Source: a virus | Lineage: Duplodnaviria; Caudoviricetes | DNA: 47,064 bases | Virus record (IMG/VR): IMGVR_UViG_3300048861_000085 | Location: 1 to 47,064 of that record | Strand: one strand, 5' to 3' | Shown here: positions 37,247 to 45,679 of the stretch, piece after piece | Layout of the letters: every line of letters starts with the position of its first letter | Numbering within the stretch: position 1 is the stretch's first letter | Notes under the pieces: model-generated | The model's input: only the letters and a program-made list of their open reading frames with translations | Databases searched by the model: none | Told to the model about the DNA's origin: nothing | Translations under genes and position numbers: made by a program

Positions 37247-37306
37247 CCCGCGCCGTCAATGCCGGAAGTTATTATGTGCGACTGCACTTAATACGCGGAG
37301 CGAACA

Positions 37307-37945
37307 GTGAACCCACGACATGAGGAAATCTATCTTGCCGAGATGGCCCGGCAGATCAATTGCGCTATGTCGGCTCAAATCCGCTTGCATGCGGCCTTGG
37401 GCCGTCGGGACGTGTTGGGCGTCTACGATGAGGCGGCTGATTTCCTTCAGCACGCTGCGAATGCTTCGAAGATGCTGTTCCCGGACCCCAGGTCAAAAGA
37501 ACACTCGAAAACAAGGGGAAAAGCACTTTGTAAGCGCCTTGGAATTTCAGGCGAGCATTTGATCTCAAAACGGGCGCTCAGAAACCACCTGGAACATATC
37601 GACGAGCGGATGGATATGTGGCTCGGATCTATCGGGGACGGGTTCATGGTCGACGCCAATATAGGTCCACGCGCGTCCGTATCTTTCGAGAGAATTCTCC
37701 GGCACTACGACCCCGAAACCGAAACATTCACGTTCCTGGATCAAGATTACTCGTTAAGGGAGCTTCGCGCCGCGCTGGACGAACTCGGGGCGATCGTCCG
37801 CGAGCGAAGGATAGGCTCCGAGCGCGAACGCTTGATAGCGCTTCAGCGCGCTACGTGGGACGCGGTGCCGGAAGGTAAATATCGGCCGTCGGACGAGGAT
37901 ATGCAAAGGTTCGTTGAGGAACAACTTCAGACGATGCGTTTCTAA
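37307..37945 (+). CDS. Moron next to attP: helical protein with HEPN-like R-x4-H motif
   Basis: LRNHLEHIDER; GGAG RBS; lower GC. Confidence 0.6.
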   Translation: MNPRHEEIYLAEMARQINCAMSAQIRLHAALGRRDVLGVYDEAADFLQHAANASKMLFPDPRSKEHSKTRGKALCKRLGISGEHLISKRALRNHLEHIDERMDMWLGSIGDGFMVDANIGPRASVSFERILRHYDPETETFTFLDQDYSLRELRAALDELGAIVRERRIGSERERLIALQRATWDAVPEGKYRPSDEDMQRFVEEQLQTMRF

Positions 37946-38060
37946 TCGGCTTCGTCGTTTCCCAGGCTGCCCTTAAAAGGCACCACGTTCCACTTTCTGA
38001 CGCTGTGTGTGTCGCCGCCGGATGTCAATCGATCCGCTGGCCAACAGGCGATTCACCGAT

Positions 38061-38289
38061 TGTGGGTAGGGATGTGGGTAAGCTCGTCGAACGGCCCGCA
38101 AACCCTTGTCACACGGTCTTCTCGTGCTGACCCTCTCTCCGCCACCGAGTTATCCCATACCCTCCCAAACCTTCCCGCCAATCGCTCTCTAAGCCGCAGT
38201 GTTACTGGTTTTGGGGGTGTCAATGTTCTTGTCTCGTCTCACCTCTACCCACATAATCCAACCATCAAACGTGGGTACGAACGTGGGTA
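38061..38289. other. attP: tRNA 3'-end core and integrase arm-type sites
   Basis: Core CCCTCTCTCCGCCA (38131-38144) resembles a tRNA-Ser 3' end; YGTGGGTA repeats at 38061, 38073, 38270 and 38282, inverted at 38246. Confidence 0.8.
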
Positions 38290-38293
38290 GGAA

Positions 38294-39544
38294 ATGGCGA
38301 GCAACCGACAGCTTCACAAACTCAACGCACTGAAAGTCGCGAAGGAATCTGCGCCCGGATACTATGCCGACGGCGGCGGTCTCTACCTCCAGATCTCGAA
38401 GAGTGGATCGCGATCGTGGATCTTCCGTTTCTCGTTAGCGGGTCGCTCGCGTGAGATGGGCCTCGGCCCGCTCTCGAACGTGTCGCTCGCCGAGGCGCGC
38501 GCGCTCGCAAGTGATTGCCGCAAAACGCTCGCCGATGGCAAAGACCCGATCGAAGCGCGCAATGCCGAGCGCGAACGCGTGATGCTCGAGGAAGCAGACG
38601 GCCTGACATTCAAAAAGGCTGCGACCGACTACATCGCGAACAATCGCGCGAGCTGGAAGAACGCGAAGCACGCGCAGCAGTGGACCAACACCCTCCAGAC
38701 CTACGCGTTTCCCGTGATCGGCAAAATCGATGTGCGCAACGTCGACACGTCGATGGTCGTGCGGGTGCTCCAGCCGATTTGGGCAAAAAAGACTGAGACC
38801 GCGAGTCGCGTGCGTGGCCGCATAGAATGCGTGCTCGACTATGCGAAGGCGATCGGGAAGCGTGCCGGCGAAAATCCAGCGCGCTGGCGTGGTCACCTCG
38901 ACAAGGTGTTTCCCGCAGAAGGAAAGGTGCACAAGATTCGGCACCATCCGGCACTCCCGTATACCGAGCTTCCGGCATTCATGCGTGAGTTACGTTCTCG
39001 CGAGGGGTTGTCGGCCCGCGTGCTCGAGCTCACGATCCTGACATGCGCACGCACAACCGAGGCGCTTGAAGTCCAGCCGTCGGAGTTCCAGTTGAGGAAT
39101 CGTCTCTGGGTCGTGCCGGCCGAACGCATGAAGGCAAAGCGTGAGCACCGCGTGCCGTTGTGTGACCGCGCGATCGGGCTGATTCAGTCGGCGATCGACC
39201 AACCGCGCGACGGTGCATACCTGTTTCCAGGCGAGAGAAAGGGCCGGCCGCTATCCAATATGGCCATGCTGAATCTTCTCGAGCGCATGGGTTATCCGGA
39301 TATCACGGTGCACGGTTTCAGATCGACGTTCAGGGATTGGGTGGCCGACTGCACCGAGTATCCGGATTCGCTCGCTGACATGGCGCTGGCGCACGTGGTG
39401 GCAGATAAGACAGACGCAGCTTACCGCCGCGGAGACATGCTCGAGCGGCGGCGCCGGTTAATGGAGGAGTGGGCGCGCTTCTGCGATGGAGAAACCGCGG
39501 CCGTATTGCCTTTCACGGGAGCGAAGGCTCAGTCTGCTGCGTAG
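38294..39544 (+). CDS. int: Tyrosine integrase (P4/IntA family)
   Basis: DGGGLYL arm-binding domain; catalytic R (CART), K (RMK), HGFR, LAH and AY. Confidence 0.95.
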   Translation: MASNRQLHKLNALKVAKESAPGYYADGGGLYLQISKSGSRSWIFRFSLAGRSREMGLGPLSNVSLAEARALASDCRKTLADGKDPIEARNAERERVMLEEADGLTFKKAATDYIANNRASWKNAKHAQQWTNTLQTYAFPVIGKIDVRNVDTSMVVRVLQPIWAKKTETASRVRGRIECVLDYAKAIGKRAGENPARWRGHLDKVFPAEGKVHKIRHHPALPYTELPAFMRELRSREGLSARVLELTILTCARTTEALEVQPSEFQLRNRLWVVPAERMKAKREHRVPLCDRAIGLIQSAIDQPRDGAYLFPGERKGRPLSNMAMLNLLERMGYPDITVHGFRSTFRDWVADCTEYPDSLADMALAHVVADKTDAAYRRGDMLERRRRLMEEWARFCDGETAAVLPFTGAKAQSAA

Positions 39545-39740
39545 TTTCCAGTTCGGATTCGCCGCGCGCAGCTGCAACGCGTGCAGCGAGCCATTTATCG
39601 ATATCGGTGTCGAGCCATGCGGTTCGATGCCCGACCAGATTGAATGGCTTCGGAAATTCACCGCGCTCGATCATGCGGTAAATCGTCGATTTGCCGAGAT
39701 TGACCTTTTCGGCGACTTGCTTGATTCCGAGTGCGTTCAT
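39513..39740 (-). CDS. alpA: AlpA-family excisionase/regulator
   Basis: IKQVAEKVNLGKSTIYRMIERGEFPKP...AWLDTDIDKW; convergent with int. Confidence 0.88.
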   Translation of the reverse strand: MNALGIKQVAEKVNLGKSTIYRMIERGEFPKPFNLVGHRTAWLDTDIDKWLAARVAAARGESELETTQQTEPSLP

Positions 39741-39815
39741 TGATCTTGCTCCAAAAGATATGCGCGGCTCACGCGCAAGAATTCATCGATTACGAATTGC
39801 GGCATACTTCGGTAG

Positions 39816-40088
39816 TTGATTTTTTCGGGTGAAGCCATGGAACCGGTGACTGAGGCTTGGTTCGTCGACGAGCCGACGACTGGAGATTTCGTAAAGATTG
39901 GGTATTTGCAAGGAAGCACGGAAAAGTCTGGGTGTATCACCGGGACCGCGCTGCATTTGCTCGAAAGCAAAGCCGGAGAAGATGCGATCGCGCGTAATGC
40001 CCTTCTGCTTCTCGCCGTTCAGACGTTCGTTAATCGCAGTCCAAGCTCCGCAGTCGTCATTATCGGATCGCCGTTGGAACGCGATTAA
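39816..40088 (+). CDS. Hypothetical protein, opposite to the early operon
   Basis: ORF filling the gap between alpA and the next gene; start uncertain (ATG at 39837 possible). Confidence 0.4.
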   Translation: MIFSGEAMEPVTEAWFVDEPTTGDFVKIGYLQGSTEKSGCITGTALHLLESKAGEDAIARNALLLLAVQTFVNRSPSSAVVIIGSPLERD

Positions 40089-40333
40089 TCCTTGCCGCTC
40101 TTCGCGTCTATCAGAGCGCGGATTTCGCGAGCTGCTTCCGCTCGGACCTTCGCATATTCCGTCCAGTCATCCGGTGCATTGCGTGGCTCGATTCGCTGGG
40201 CCGCCCGCTCCAGCGCTTGGCGCTGTACCAACGCGGCGATATAAAGAACGGTGTCAGGCGTAATCTCCTCGTTCCAACAAAGGCCCGGTGGCATGAGCGA
40301 ACAAGCGTATTCGAATCGTTCGCGGCTGGTCAT
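40085..40333 (-). CDS. Hypothetical early protein
   Basis: ALERAAQ...AAREIRAL, typical of phage early genes; ATGA coupling. Confidence 0.6.
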   Translation of the reverse strand: MTSRERFEYACSLMPPGLCWNEEITPDTVLYIAALVQRQALERAAQRIEPRNAPDDWTEYAKVRAEAAREIRALIDAKSGKD

Positions 40334-41188
40334 TTCGGCTCCATGGCAACATAGAGCGACGCACCAATCAATTCGACCCAATGCGTGCGCCATTCGATGA
40401 TCGGGCCGTATTCATCGGCGCTGACGATTTTGGCGACCGCATCTTCCTTCCCACTCTCTGCGGACTCGTCTTCACGTAGGATCGATCCCAAAAGCCCTTT
40501 GCGCGCCAAGTAGTCCAGTGCTTTCGCGCCAAGATCATTGCTCGGCGAGGCTTTGTTGAGGGCGCGGACTAATCGCTGAACGAGCATCCGCAAGTCGTCC
40601 ACCACCGCCTCTTGCTTGTCTCTCTGGCTGGCGGGAGGGGCGGCGATCGGCAACGGCGAGTGCTTCGGCTTCGCGGCCTGCTTCGCGCGGATCGCTTCGA
40701 CCTTCGTCCAGATACGCGCGAGTTCGGTTTCAGCCGCCGCGTGCATATCCAGTTCGTTCGCAAGACACAGCGCGGCGAGCGTGACCATGACCCCGCCGAC
40801 TTCCTGATGCTTGTCGCCGACCGGGCGGTTCCAGACGTAATCCACAAGCTGATGCGCCTCGCTCGCGCTCATGCCGCACGCCTGCACGAGTTCGCCAGCT
40901 TCTTCGAAGAACCGGTGGTTCCGTTCCTCGCGATCGCCCTCGATCATCGCGCCGAAGCATTCCATCAACCACGGCTGCACGCGCGCTTGAAACGTCGTTT
41001 GCTTATCGCTCGCGGTCGAGGCGGCGAGAGCGGCGCGATAGCCCGCGATGAAACTCGGCTTCGCCATCAGGCCCGGCAGCCCGAGGATTAGCTTCTGCTC
41101 GTTCAGGGGTAATCGGAATAACGTGTGGAAACCACGATGTTGAAGTATACTCATGTGACGGAATTTCGTGTGGAATAGGAGAATGCAC

Positions 41189-41440
41189 ATGAGCACGTTT
41201 GAACTTAAATTCGCAATGCCCCTTGAGTTTCGCGACGACCTTGAAAATGGCACGCAAGACGATTGGAACACCTGGATTTCGTGGCGCGGAAGGTTCTCTG
41301 GGAAGACGGTCTATCTCATCGGATGGACGGACGGAGCCTATGCCGTCGTCGACCGGCTGGGTGATTACCATTGCGAGAATATTTCCGGGCATCCTTCGAG
41401 GATGTTTGCACCCGCGCTTGAGCTTGAGCACGCGACGTGA
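41189..41440 (+). CDS. IS passenger gene, 83-aa unknown protein
   Basis: AGGAG RBS 7 nt upstream; inside the IS ends, upstream of tnp. Confidence 0.7.
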   Translation: MSTFELKFAMPLEFRDDLENGTQDDWNTWISWRGRFSGKTVYLIGWTDGAYAVVDRLGDYHCENISGHPSRMFAPALELEHAT

Positions 41441-41464
41441 CCGATTCCACACTAAAATCCGAGG

Positions 41465-42847
41465 ATGAAAGACATTCTCGATATGGAAGGTTGGTCGCTG
41501 ACCGACAAAAGGACCGAGGGACTGGTAGAGACCTTCTCGGCGGAATACGTGCACGAGCCCATCGCCTGCTCCAAGTGCGGCGGCATCAAGCTGTACAGGC
41601 ATGGCACCAAGAAGACGACGTATGCGGACGCGCCGCTGCGCGGCTTTGCAGCCAAGCTGGAGGCGACGGTGCGACGCTACCGGTGCCGGGACTGCGGCGA
41701 GACGTTCCTGCAACCTCTGGGCGGCGTTCTGGACGAGCGCCGCATGACGGTGCGGTGCGCGGAGTTCATTGCCAAGCAGGCGCTGAAGCACACCTTCGTC
41801 CATGTCGCCCGCGAGGTCGGCATCGACGAGAAGACAGTGCGGGCGGTGGCTGCCGAGCGGATGGCGGAGCTTCAGTCCAGTCGCGCAATCCGGCTTCCCA
41901 GGGTGCTGGGCGTGGACGAGACCATGATTCACAAGATTCAGCGGCTTGTGCTCACGGACATCGAGGCCCGTCGGCTTTTGGACATGTATCCGCGTCGAGA
42001 CGACGGCGCCCTGGAGGTATGGCTGGGGCAGTTTCGCGACCTGAGCGCCGTCAAGGTCGTGACGATGGACATGTGGCGTCCGTACCAGCGGACCGTCAGG
42101 AAGCTGATGCCACACGCTGCCATCGTGGTCGACAAGTTCCACGTCGTCCGCTACGCCAACTTCGCGCTGGAGAGCGTTCGCATCCGGCTCGGCAAGGCGA
42201 AGCAGACCGAAGTGCGGCGATTCTGGGTGCGTTCCAAGGTTCAGCTCAACAAGCGGGCTCGCAACCTGACCGAGAAGCAACGGTTCAATCTGAGCATGTG
42301 GCTCGACAACGAGCCCGAACTGGCCGAAGCCTATCGCCTGAAGGAAGCCCTGTACGACTTGTACGACTTGCCCAAGGAGCAGGCGGAAGCGGCCTTCGAC
42401 GCCTTCATAGCGAATGTTCCGACGGCACTGAAGAAGGACTTCGCCGAACTGACGCGCCTCATGAGGAACTGGCGCGCCGAGATTCTGGCTTACTTCGACC
42501 ACCCGTACACGAACGCCTACACCGAGGCGGTCAATGGGCTGATGAAGCACATCGTCCGAGCTGGGCGAGGCTACAGCTACGAGGTGCTGCGCGCCCGAAT
42601 CCTGGCTGCCGCCGGCGCGCCGAAGAGGAAACCTCTGAAGCTGGAGTTCCTGTTGAGGGACGAAGGAAACCCGTGCGCGAACTGTGGGCTTCCGTGCCGC
42701 GCCGAGGACATGCACCTCGTCACGTTGCCGCCAGTGACTCGCGGACAGCGCGCTAAACGCGCCCTGGTATGCGAGGTCTGCGAGCCGCGTTTCAACACGG
42801 AGAAGGTTATTGCTCATCGCAAGCCTTCCACACGGAAAACCGGATAG
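41465..42847 (+). CDS. ISL3-family transposase
   Basis: N-terminal CxxC...CxxC; LGVDE; MDMWRPY; VDKFHVV; TNAYTEAVNG; stop codon inside the IRR. Confidence 0.95.
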   Translation: MKDILDMEGWSLTDKRTEGLVETFSAEYVHEPIACSKCGGIKLYRHGTKKTTYADAPLRGFAAKLEATVRRYRCRDCGETFLQPLGGVLDERRMTVRCAEFIAKQALKHTFVHVAREVGIDEKTVRAVAAERMAELQSSRAIRLPRVLGVDETMIHKIQRLVLTDIEARRLLDMYPRRDDGALEVWLGQFRDLSAVKVVTMDMWRPYQRTVRKLMPHAAIVVDKFHVVRYANFALESVRIRLGKAKQTEVRRFWVRSKVQLNKRARNLTEKQRFNLSMWLDNEPELAEAYRLKEALYDLYDLPKEQAEAAFDAFIANVPTALKKDFAELTRLMRNWRAEILAYFDHPYTNAYTEAVNGLMKHIVRAGRGYSYEVLRARILAAAGAPKRKPLKLEFLLRDEGNPCANCGLPCRAEDMHLVTLPPVTRGQRAKRALVCEVCEPRFNTEKVIAHRKPSTRKTG

Positions 42848-42928
42848 CCTCGTTCAGATACGCTTCCCATGCTTGTTCGTCAGTCACAATCAATCCTCTA
42901 ATCGTTGTCGCTGCGGAGAGGCAGCGGG

Positions 42929-43432
42929 TTAGGCGGTGGTAGCCTTTCCGGTGCCGTTGCACGAGTAACATTCCTGCTGCCATTCGTTCTCTAGGTCGCG
43001 ATTCGTGAACCATCCGCGCCCTTTGCACGAGAGGCACGCGCTTGGCGAGGTGAGAGGGTCCAGGCCCTTCTGAGCGCGCCATTCGTTCACCGACCCGTCG
43101 CCATCCAGAACGACGCGCGCGCACATAACGGCCGTCTGGATCGCTTCCTTGCGCACGTTGGCCGCAGGCTCATCGAGCACGGCCTTGCACAGTTCGCCGA
43201 ACTCTTCGGCAAGCGCAATCGTCATGATTCGATCGCCGGGAAACTTGGCTCGGGCGCGCAACAATTCGGCGCGGACCTCGGCAAGGAAGCTTTCGACAGC
43301 CTCTGCGCCTTCGTGCAACACATTCGCCTCATAAAGCGCGGCGTTCGCATATCCCTGCATCTGGTGTTCTGTGAACACGCCAACACCGTTCAGCGTGGCA
43401 ATTGGTGTCGGCAAATTTGGCAATCTGCTCAT
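42929..43432 (-). CDS. MazG-like protein with C-terminal CxxCxGxG Zn-finger
   Basis: ALAEEFGELCKA...VRKEAIQTA; CLSCKGRG...CYSCNGTG. Confidence 0.7.
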   Translation of the reverse strand: MSRLPNLPTPIATLNGVGVFTEHQMQGYANAALYEANVLHEGAEAVESFLAEVRAELLRARAKFPGDRIMTIALAEEFGELCKAVLDEPAANVRKEAIQTAVMCARVVLDGDGSVNEWRAQKGLDPLTSPSACLSCKGRGWFTNRDLENEWQQECYSCNGTGKATTA

Positions 43433-43441
43433 GCTTTCCTC

Positions 43442-43717
43442 TCAGAGCGAGTCGAGTTCGTCTTCGGTGGCGGCCGTGGTGTATGTCGGCGTGTATCCGC
43501 CTTGCACATAGAACGGCTCGCCGCAGAGCACGGAAGGGCAAACCACCTTCGTGCGGCGCTCTTTCGGCGCGAGCGCCCACAGGTCGTCGCCATCGCTGCC
43601 TTCCGCGTAGTGGTTGGCCCTCATCTCGTCGTCCGTCATTTCGTGGCGGCAATGCGGGCAGATGATGCTCGGCTGTTTGTAGTGGTCGTAAAAGTCGGGA
43701 TCGAACTGAGCGCTCAT
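43442..43717 (-). CDS. Zn-ribbon hypothetical protein
   Basis: ICPHC...VCPSVLC. Confidence 0.65.
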   Translation of the reverse strand: MSAQFDPDFYDHYKQPSIICPHCRHEMTDDEMRANHYAEGSDGDDLWALAPKERRTKVVCPSVLCGEPFYVQGGYTPTYTTAATEDELDSL

Positions 43718-43722
43718 TTCTC

Positions 43723-44014
43723 TCTCGCAATAGGTGTTTCGCAACCGTCAGTCTTTAGGTTTCTGACCGAGACGCAGGCGAAGCTCAGCGACGCGCGCAT
43801 CGCGGTCCTGCGCTGCCTTGACGTATTCGCTCAGTCGACCCTGTGCCTTCAGGACGCCGATAGGGTCTTTGCTTCCGATCGGCCGAGCTTTCAGTTCGCG
43901 TATCAGTTGTCGCTTTCCTGCGGCTAGTTCGCGGAAGTGCTTTGCCTCAGCCCGCAATCCCGCGATCACGTCTTTGATGGTGGGTTCCATGTGTTCTCGC
44001 AATAGGTGTTTCGC
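43723..44014. repeat. 20-bp direct repeat TCTCGCAATAGGTGTTTCGC at 43723-43742 and 43995-44014
   Basis: Exact copies immediately upstream (minus strand) of two consecutive genes. Confidence 0.85.
43748..43990 (-). CDS. Hypothetical protein
   Basis: MEPTIKDV...; lies between the 20-bp repeats. Confidence 0.6.
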   Translation of the reverse strand: MEPTIKDVIAGLRAEAKHFRELAAGKRQLIRELKARPIGSKDPIGVLKAQGRLSEYVKAAQDRDARVAELRLRLGQKPKD

Positions 44015-44171
44015 CAATCAGGATCACGCAACGCTCGCCGGTGATCTCAGCGACCATCGTCGCGAATGTCGAACATGCGCGATGGACGAGCGCGTCTGTG
44101 GCTTTGTTCGCGCGGCCCATTGCATCTAGTGCGTCGAGCAGCGCGAGGTAGGGGCGGGCTAGGCGGATCAT
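43947..44171 (-). CDS. Hypothetical protein
   Basis: MIRLARPYL..., ATGA-coupled to the ASCH-like gene. Confidence 0.45.
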   Translation of the reverse strand: MIRLARPYLALLDALDAMGRANKATDALVHRACSTFATMVAEITGERCVILIGETPIARTHGTHHQRRDRGIAG

Positions 44172-44857
44172 TGGACGCGCCGGAATTCGACGACCCAGAC
44201 CCAAGGGTCAGCGAGCCACGATCCCTTTCCGTTCAATTGCTCCCACAGCTTCGCGAACGCATAGGTGTAGGGGTAGATCGGATCGCCATCCGCTTCGATG
44301 CTTACGCCTTCCACCGTCGCATCCTGCTCGCTAATGTCCTGCAGGCGCTCGACGCGCACGCCGGTCACTTCGAGCGTGATGCGAGAGAGAGCACGCGGCA
44401 TGAACATGCTTGGGCGCCGTTTTCCTGCCCAGTTCGGCATGAGTTCGTTGTCCGGATAGGTGGGCTCAACTCGGCCATCCGGTCCAATGCTTCGCCAACC
44501 TCCCGCTTCATATAGGACAGTCACACCCTGACCGCGCTCGATCAGCGGCGGCAGAATGTCACGCGGCGGCGTCTCGTCGTGAGGTTTGCCCACGCGCCAT
44601 GCTTCGCGCACCCACAGACGATCGCCGATCACGCCATACGGGCTCGCGACCTGCGAGCTGTGTTCGGGCACGTCCCATACGCCGGCGCCGCAGGACGGAG
44701 TGCCGAGCCATTCGAGATGAACGCGGCCATCAGTCAGCGTGTGCGAATAGTTCTCGCCAATCTTCTGGTCTTTAATAACCCGCCGCGTCTGCGTCTTACG
44801 GCCATCGAGCAGCGCGCGCACCATCGCGCCGCTGAACAGGATAGGGCGTTCTCTCAT
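44168..44857 (-). CDS. ASCH/PUA-like phage protein
   Basis: ERPILFSGAMVRALLDGRKTQTRR...GDRLWVRE...PSMFMPR...WLADPWVWVVEF. Confidence 0.85.
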   Translation of the reverse strand: MRERPILFSGAMVRALLDGRKTQTRRVIKDQKIGENYSHTLTDGRVHLEWLGTPSCGAGVWDVPEHSSQVASPYGVIGDRLWVREAWRVGKPHDETPPRDILPPLIERGQGVTVLYEAGGWRSIGPDGRVEPTYPDNELMPNWAGKRRPSMFMPRALSRITLEVTGVRVERLQDISEQDATVEGVSIEADGDPIYPYTYAFAKLWEQLNGKGSWLADPWVWVVEFRRVQ

Positions 44858-44899
44858 GTTGATTCTCAAGTTTTTGGAACGGCTGCCGAAAACACAGGC

Positions 44900-45139
44900 A
44901 TGGAAAATTCAGAATTCGATCCGGCGAACTATCCGGAACTCTTCCAGGCGATCGATACCTATCTCGGTCCTGCGAAAGCCATCCTTGGAACTCGCAATGC
45001 CATCCGCAAGGCGCGCGGCGAGCCAGACTTCACCGACGACATCAACGCGTTCGCCGAGTGGTGTGAAGCGGGCGAGCCCGAAGATCCGGCGATGGAGCCG
45101 GTCCTCAAGCGCCTGATCCGCGACGGCTATACAAGCTGA
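44900..45139 (+). CDS. Small acidic hypothetical protein, opposite to the operon
   Basis: MENSEFDPANYPELF...; AT-rich upstream region. Confidence 0.5.
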   Translation: MENSEFDPANYPELFQAIDTYLGPAKAILGTRNAIRKARGEPDFTDDINAFAEWCEAGEPEDPAMEPVLKRLIRDGYTS

Positions 45140-45317
45140 CCGGCTCGCGCACCAGCGCGAATCCGTCGACGACGAACAAGACCTTCCGGGCCGTGTCGGT
45201 GGCGACCATTGCAGCCACCGCGCCGAGCAGCTCCTGCACCAGCGCCGCCGGCGGGTTCGCCGCCTCCTGGTAACGGTCAAGTGCGGCGCGTGCCGCGCGG
45301 CGCTCGCGGCTCACCAT
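45105..45317 (-). CDS. Hypothetical protein or gene remnant abutting the IS left end
   Basis: MVSRERRAARAALDRY...; ATG 4 bp from the IS boundary. Confidence 0.4.
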   Translation of the reverse strand: MVSRERRAARAALDRYQEAANPPAALVQELLGAVAAMVATDTARKVLFVVDGFALVREPVSLYSRRGSGA

Positions 45318-45403
45318 TTCAGGGTAATCGGAATAACGTGTGGAAACCACGATGTTGAAGTATACTCATGTGACGGAATTTCGTGTGGAATAGGAGAATG
45401 CAC

Positions 45404-45655
45404 ATGAGCACGTTTGAACTTAAATTCGCAATGCCCCTTGAGTTTCGCGACGACCTTGAAAATGGCACGCAAGACGATTGGAACACCTGGATTTCGTGGC
45501 GCGGAAGGTTCTCTGGGAAGACGGTCTATCTCATCGGATGGACGGACGGAGCCTATGCCGTCGTCGACCGGCTGGGTGATTACCATTGCGAGAATATTTC
45601 CGGGCATCCTTCGAGGATGTTTGCACCCGCGCTTGAGCTTGAGCACGCGACGTGA
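45404..45655 (+). CDS. IS passenger gene (copy 2)
   Basis: Identical to 41189..41440. Confidence 0.7.
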   Translation: MSTFELKFAMPLEFRDDLENGTQDDWNTWISWRGRFSGKTVYLIGWTDGAYAVVDRLGDYHCENISGHPSRMFAPALELEHAT

Positions 45656-45679
45656 CCGATTCCACACTAAAATCCGAGG

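Larger units (their letters stand above)
41107..42849 (+). mobile_element. ISL3-family insertion sequence, copy 1 (1,743 bp), 8-bp TSD
   Basis: IRL GGGTAATCGGAATAACGTGTGGAA and IRR (rc) GGCTATCCGGTTTTCCGTGTGGAA; TSD TCGTTCAG at 41099-41106 and 42850-42857. Confidence 0.95.
40330..42887 (-). pseudogene. MazG-like NTP pyrophosphohydrolase-domain gene interrupted by ISL3 copy 1
   Basis: GTG 42887 (AGAGGA RBS) MTDEQAWEAYLN joins in frame to EQKLILG...RFFEEAGELVQA...QEVGGV once the IS and one TSD are removed (268 aa). Confidence 0.8.

Noticed and set aside
38100-38150. Complete tRNA gene
   Set aside because: Only the last ~14 nt resemble a tRNA; no T-loop GTTCGA or cloverleaf upstream
41437-42756. 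439-aa overlapping ORF within the IS
   Set aside because: Alternative frame of the transposase with Arg/Gly-rich low-information composition
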